Translations under genes and position numbers: made by a program
Part shown: positions 62,135 through 64,000 of the stretch, piece by piece
Layout of the letters: each line of letters begins with the position of its first letter
Numbering within the stretch: position 1 is the stretch's first letter
Notes under the pieces: model-generated
Seen by the model: only the letters and a program-made list of their open reading frames with translations
Told to the model about the DNA's origin: nothing
Database searches by the model: none
Assembly (NCBI GenBank): GCA_010093815.1
Contig: ML996574.1
Source of the DNA: Pseudovirgaria hyperparasitica
Lineage: Eukaryota
Length of the DNA: 64,000 bases
Reading direction: 5' to 3' (one strand)

Positions 62135-63169
62135 ATGAAGACACTCGCCTCTGTCCTATACACTCTCGCCTTCATCCCTCTTCTCGCGACAGTTACACAT
62201 GCACAAGATGATCTGCCAGACCTGAACACTGTGCCAAATGCCACTGGACGCGCAGAGTCGACTGCCGCTCCGGAGTCAACGCAGCCGCCGTCCTCTTCAG
62301 CCGAGCCTACATCGCAGCCTCCATCTCCGGCAGACACGGGTGCTTTTCATTTGACAGGTCTTCCTACGATCGCTGGGGCACTGAACCCCACGGTAGGAGT
62401 TCCATACACTGCTGATGCACCGTACATGCAAAAGTCCTCCTTGCCTGAAGGGACCGTTTTCATTTGTGTCGGTGCTGCGCTTGGCTTCCTTGGTGCCTGT
62501 ATACTAGCATGGCGTGGTGCAGTCGCTTGGTCTCTTCATCGCTCGGCCAAACGTGCTGCTGCCGTGAACTATCCGGGCGAGAAGATCAATCTGCGTGGAC
62601 CAAGCGGTGGTGTTTATTCCGGGGTTGCAGCCAGCTCGACTTTGACTCTCGATAAGCCAAACGTGCTTGCCAAGAAACATCTCAGTGCCGCGCCCTCAAA
62701 CATTTCCAATGGCAAGCGAGCCACATCGTCCCTCTTCTTCTCCCCAACTGCAGGTCCGGGCCATCAATCGCAGAATCGCTCTTCCTCGTACCTTCCAGCA
62801 GGTTATTACGCCCCAGGAAACTCTACCCCCACAGGGAGCTCTGCCAATCTCGGTCAAGGTCCCAGTTCGCTATCTCTTAATCCTTCAGCTGCTGGTTATA
62901 ATCGTGCTCGCAGCACTGGTCCGTCGCCACCGGGATCTCCAGCACTTCCTAGTCGCGATGGTTATCCCCGTGCAGCTCGTGGCCGAGACTTCGATAGCTT
63001 TTCCCGTAGCAGTGTGGTCAACACTGGTGATCGCAGCCGCTCAGTGTACGCTGGACGCCCAAGCACCAGCAGCCTCAATCTGTCGGTGGCTCCAGAGGGC
63101 CGAGCGCCGAGTGCATACTTGGAAGATCTGTTCGAAAATCATGGCAGCGGACCGCGCGAAAGACATTAA
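62135..63169 (+). CDS. Type I membrane protein, CSI2/vacuolar membrane protein-like family
   Basis: Signal peptide, S/T/P-rich ectodomain, PYMQKSSLPEGTVFICVG plus TM helix, SLFFSPT, C-terminal RAPSAYLEDLF. Confidence 0.85.
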   Translation: MKTLASVLYTLAFIPLLATVTHAQDDLPDLNTVPNATGRAESTAAPESTQPPSSSAEPTSQPPSPADTGAFHLTGLPTIAGALNPTVGVPYTADAPYMQKSSLPEGTVFICVGAALGFLGACILAWRGAVAWSLHRSAKRAAAVNYPGEKINLRGPSGGVYSGVAASSTLTLDKPNVLAKKHLSAAPSNISNGKRATSSLFFSPTAGPGHQSQNRSSSYLPAGYYAPGNSTPTGSSANLGQGPSSLSLNPSAAGYNRARSTGPSPPGSPALPSRDGYPRAARGRDFDSFSRSSVVNTGDRSRSVYAGRPSTSSLNLSVAPEGRAPSAYLEDLFENHGSGPRERH

Positions 63170-64000
63170 ACGATTTTACTACGAGGTTACTATGCTAGAG
63201 TTAGCGTATCTTGTGAATACTGGCGGACACATGTCTCAATTAATGTATCATTGAGCAGATTAGCCAGCATGCACTCACATCGAGCGCAACATATTTGGAT
63301 CATCAACTGGCGTTATATGGCCGATTTCAGGCTTGGTCCGGGCAGGAGATTTCTTTGCGATTTGTATCGCAGTAGTGGGCACGACGCCCTTTTCATGCTG
63401 TTGTAATTCTAGTCTTGCAATACTGCATCGCCCGTCAACGCACTGGGGCATTTAACGTTTTCGTCCTGCGCTATGTCGTGATTGAATGTTGCGTCTCAGT
63501 TGAATGATCTTGACCTGTGTAATGTGAAATGTGAAATATGAAATGTTCGGGAGCGGAACTGCGGAGTCGTGTTTGGTGGTACTGCAGCCATTCCGTCGGG
63601 ACCGTTCAATGCATCGGGTCCATCCGCAGACACACATACAACTTCAAAGCATGCCATTACTATATCTTGGTTCAATGCCCTCATTATTACTATCCTATCG
63701 GTCCTTTGCCCCCCCCTGAAAATCGCGCACTGTGGATGTCCATGAATTGGATGCGATAGAGTAGGGATCAGACCACCAGACAGTCACGGCTCATTTATCG
63801 ATGTTTAAAATGGGAATTTGGTGCAGAATTCCATGCCCCGACACGGGAGAGAGATAACGGCCATGACGCAAGTGAGTCTGCGACGACTATCCATCGAACG
63901 AGCCATGGTAGTACAACCCATGCTGAGCTTTTCGATGAACTGTGGTGGCAGGTAAATGTAGCATGATGGCATGGTTCTGCGGAGTTTTGTGTGCTGCGAA

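Overview
Eukaryotic, gene-dense window from a filamentous ascomycete (Pezizomycotina; short GT-AG introns with CTRAC branch points). About 22 protein-coding genes can be reconstructed. Most are conserved: adenosine kinase, class II cAMP phosphodiesterase, eEF1B-gamma (with an intronic snR38-type C/D snoRNA), mitochondrial uS9, a cytochrome P450, a PL4 rhamnogalacturonan lyase, a VHS/GAT adaptor, a CBM48-like protein, an IgE-binding-like secreted protein, an SDR, isopropylmalate synthase, acyl-CoA thioesterase II, a DIP2/CPS1 protein, FCF1 and a CSI2-like membrane protein. The most unusual part is an accessory-looking block at about 51-60 kb. It holds a DUF3328/UstYa oxidase whose second HxxHC motif has lost both histidines, followed directly by an orphan protein built of 44-47-aa tandem repeats (spanning a 320-N assembly gap), a DUF924 gene and an HSL-family hydrolase. 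Other signals worth checking are recurring kb-scale C/A-to-G/T strand-skew switches, a 1.1-kb ATG-depleted leader with a splice-switchable uORF, and a GC-AG intron that decides whether the thioesterase carries its PTS1. No tRNA, rRNA, CRISPR array or intact transposon was recognised. All calls were made by eye, with no database searches.
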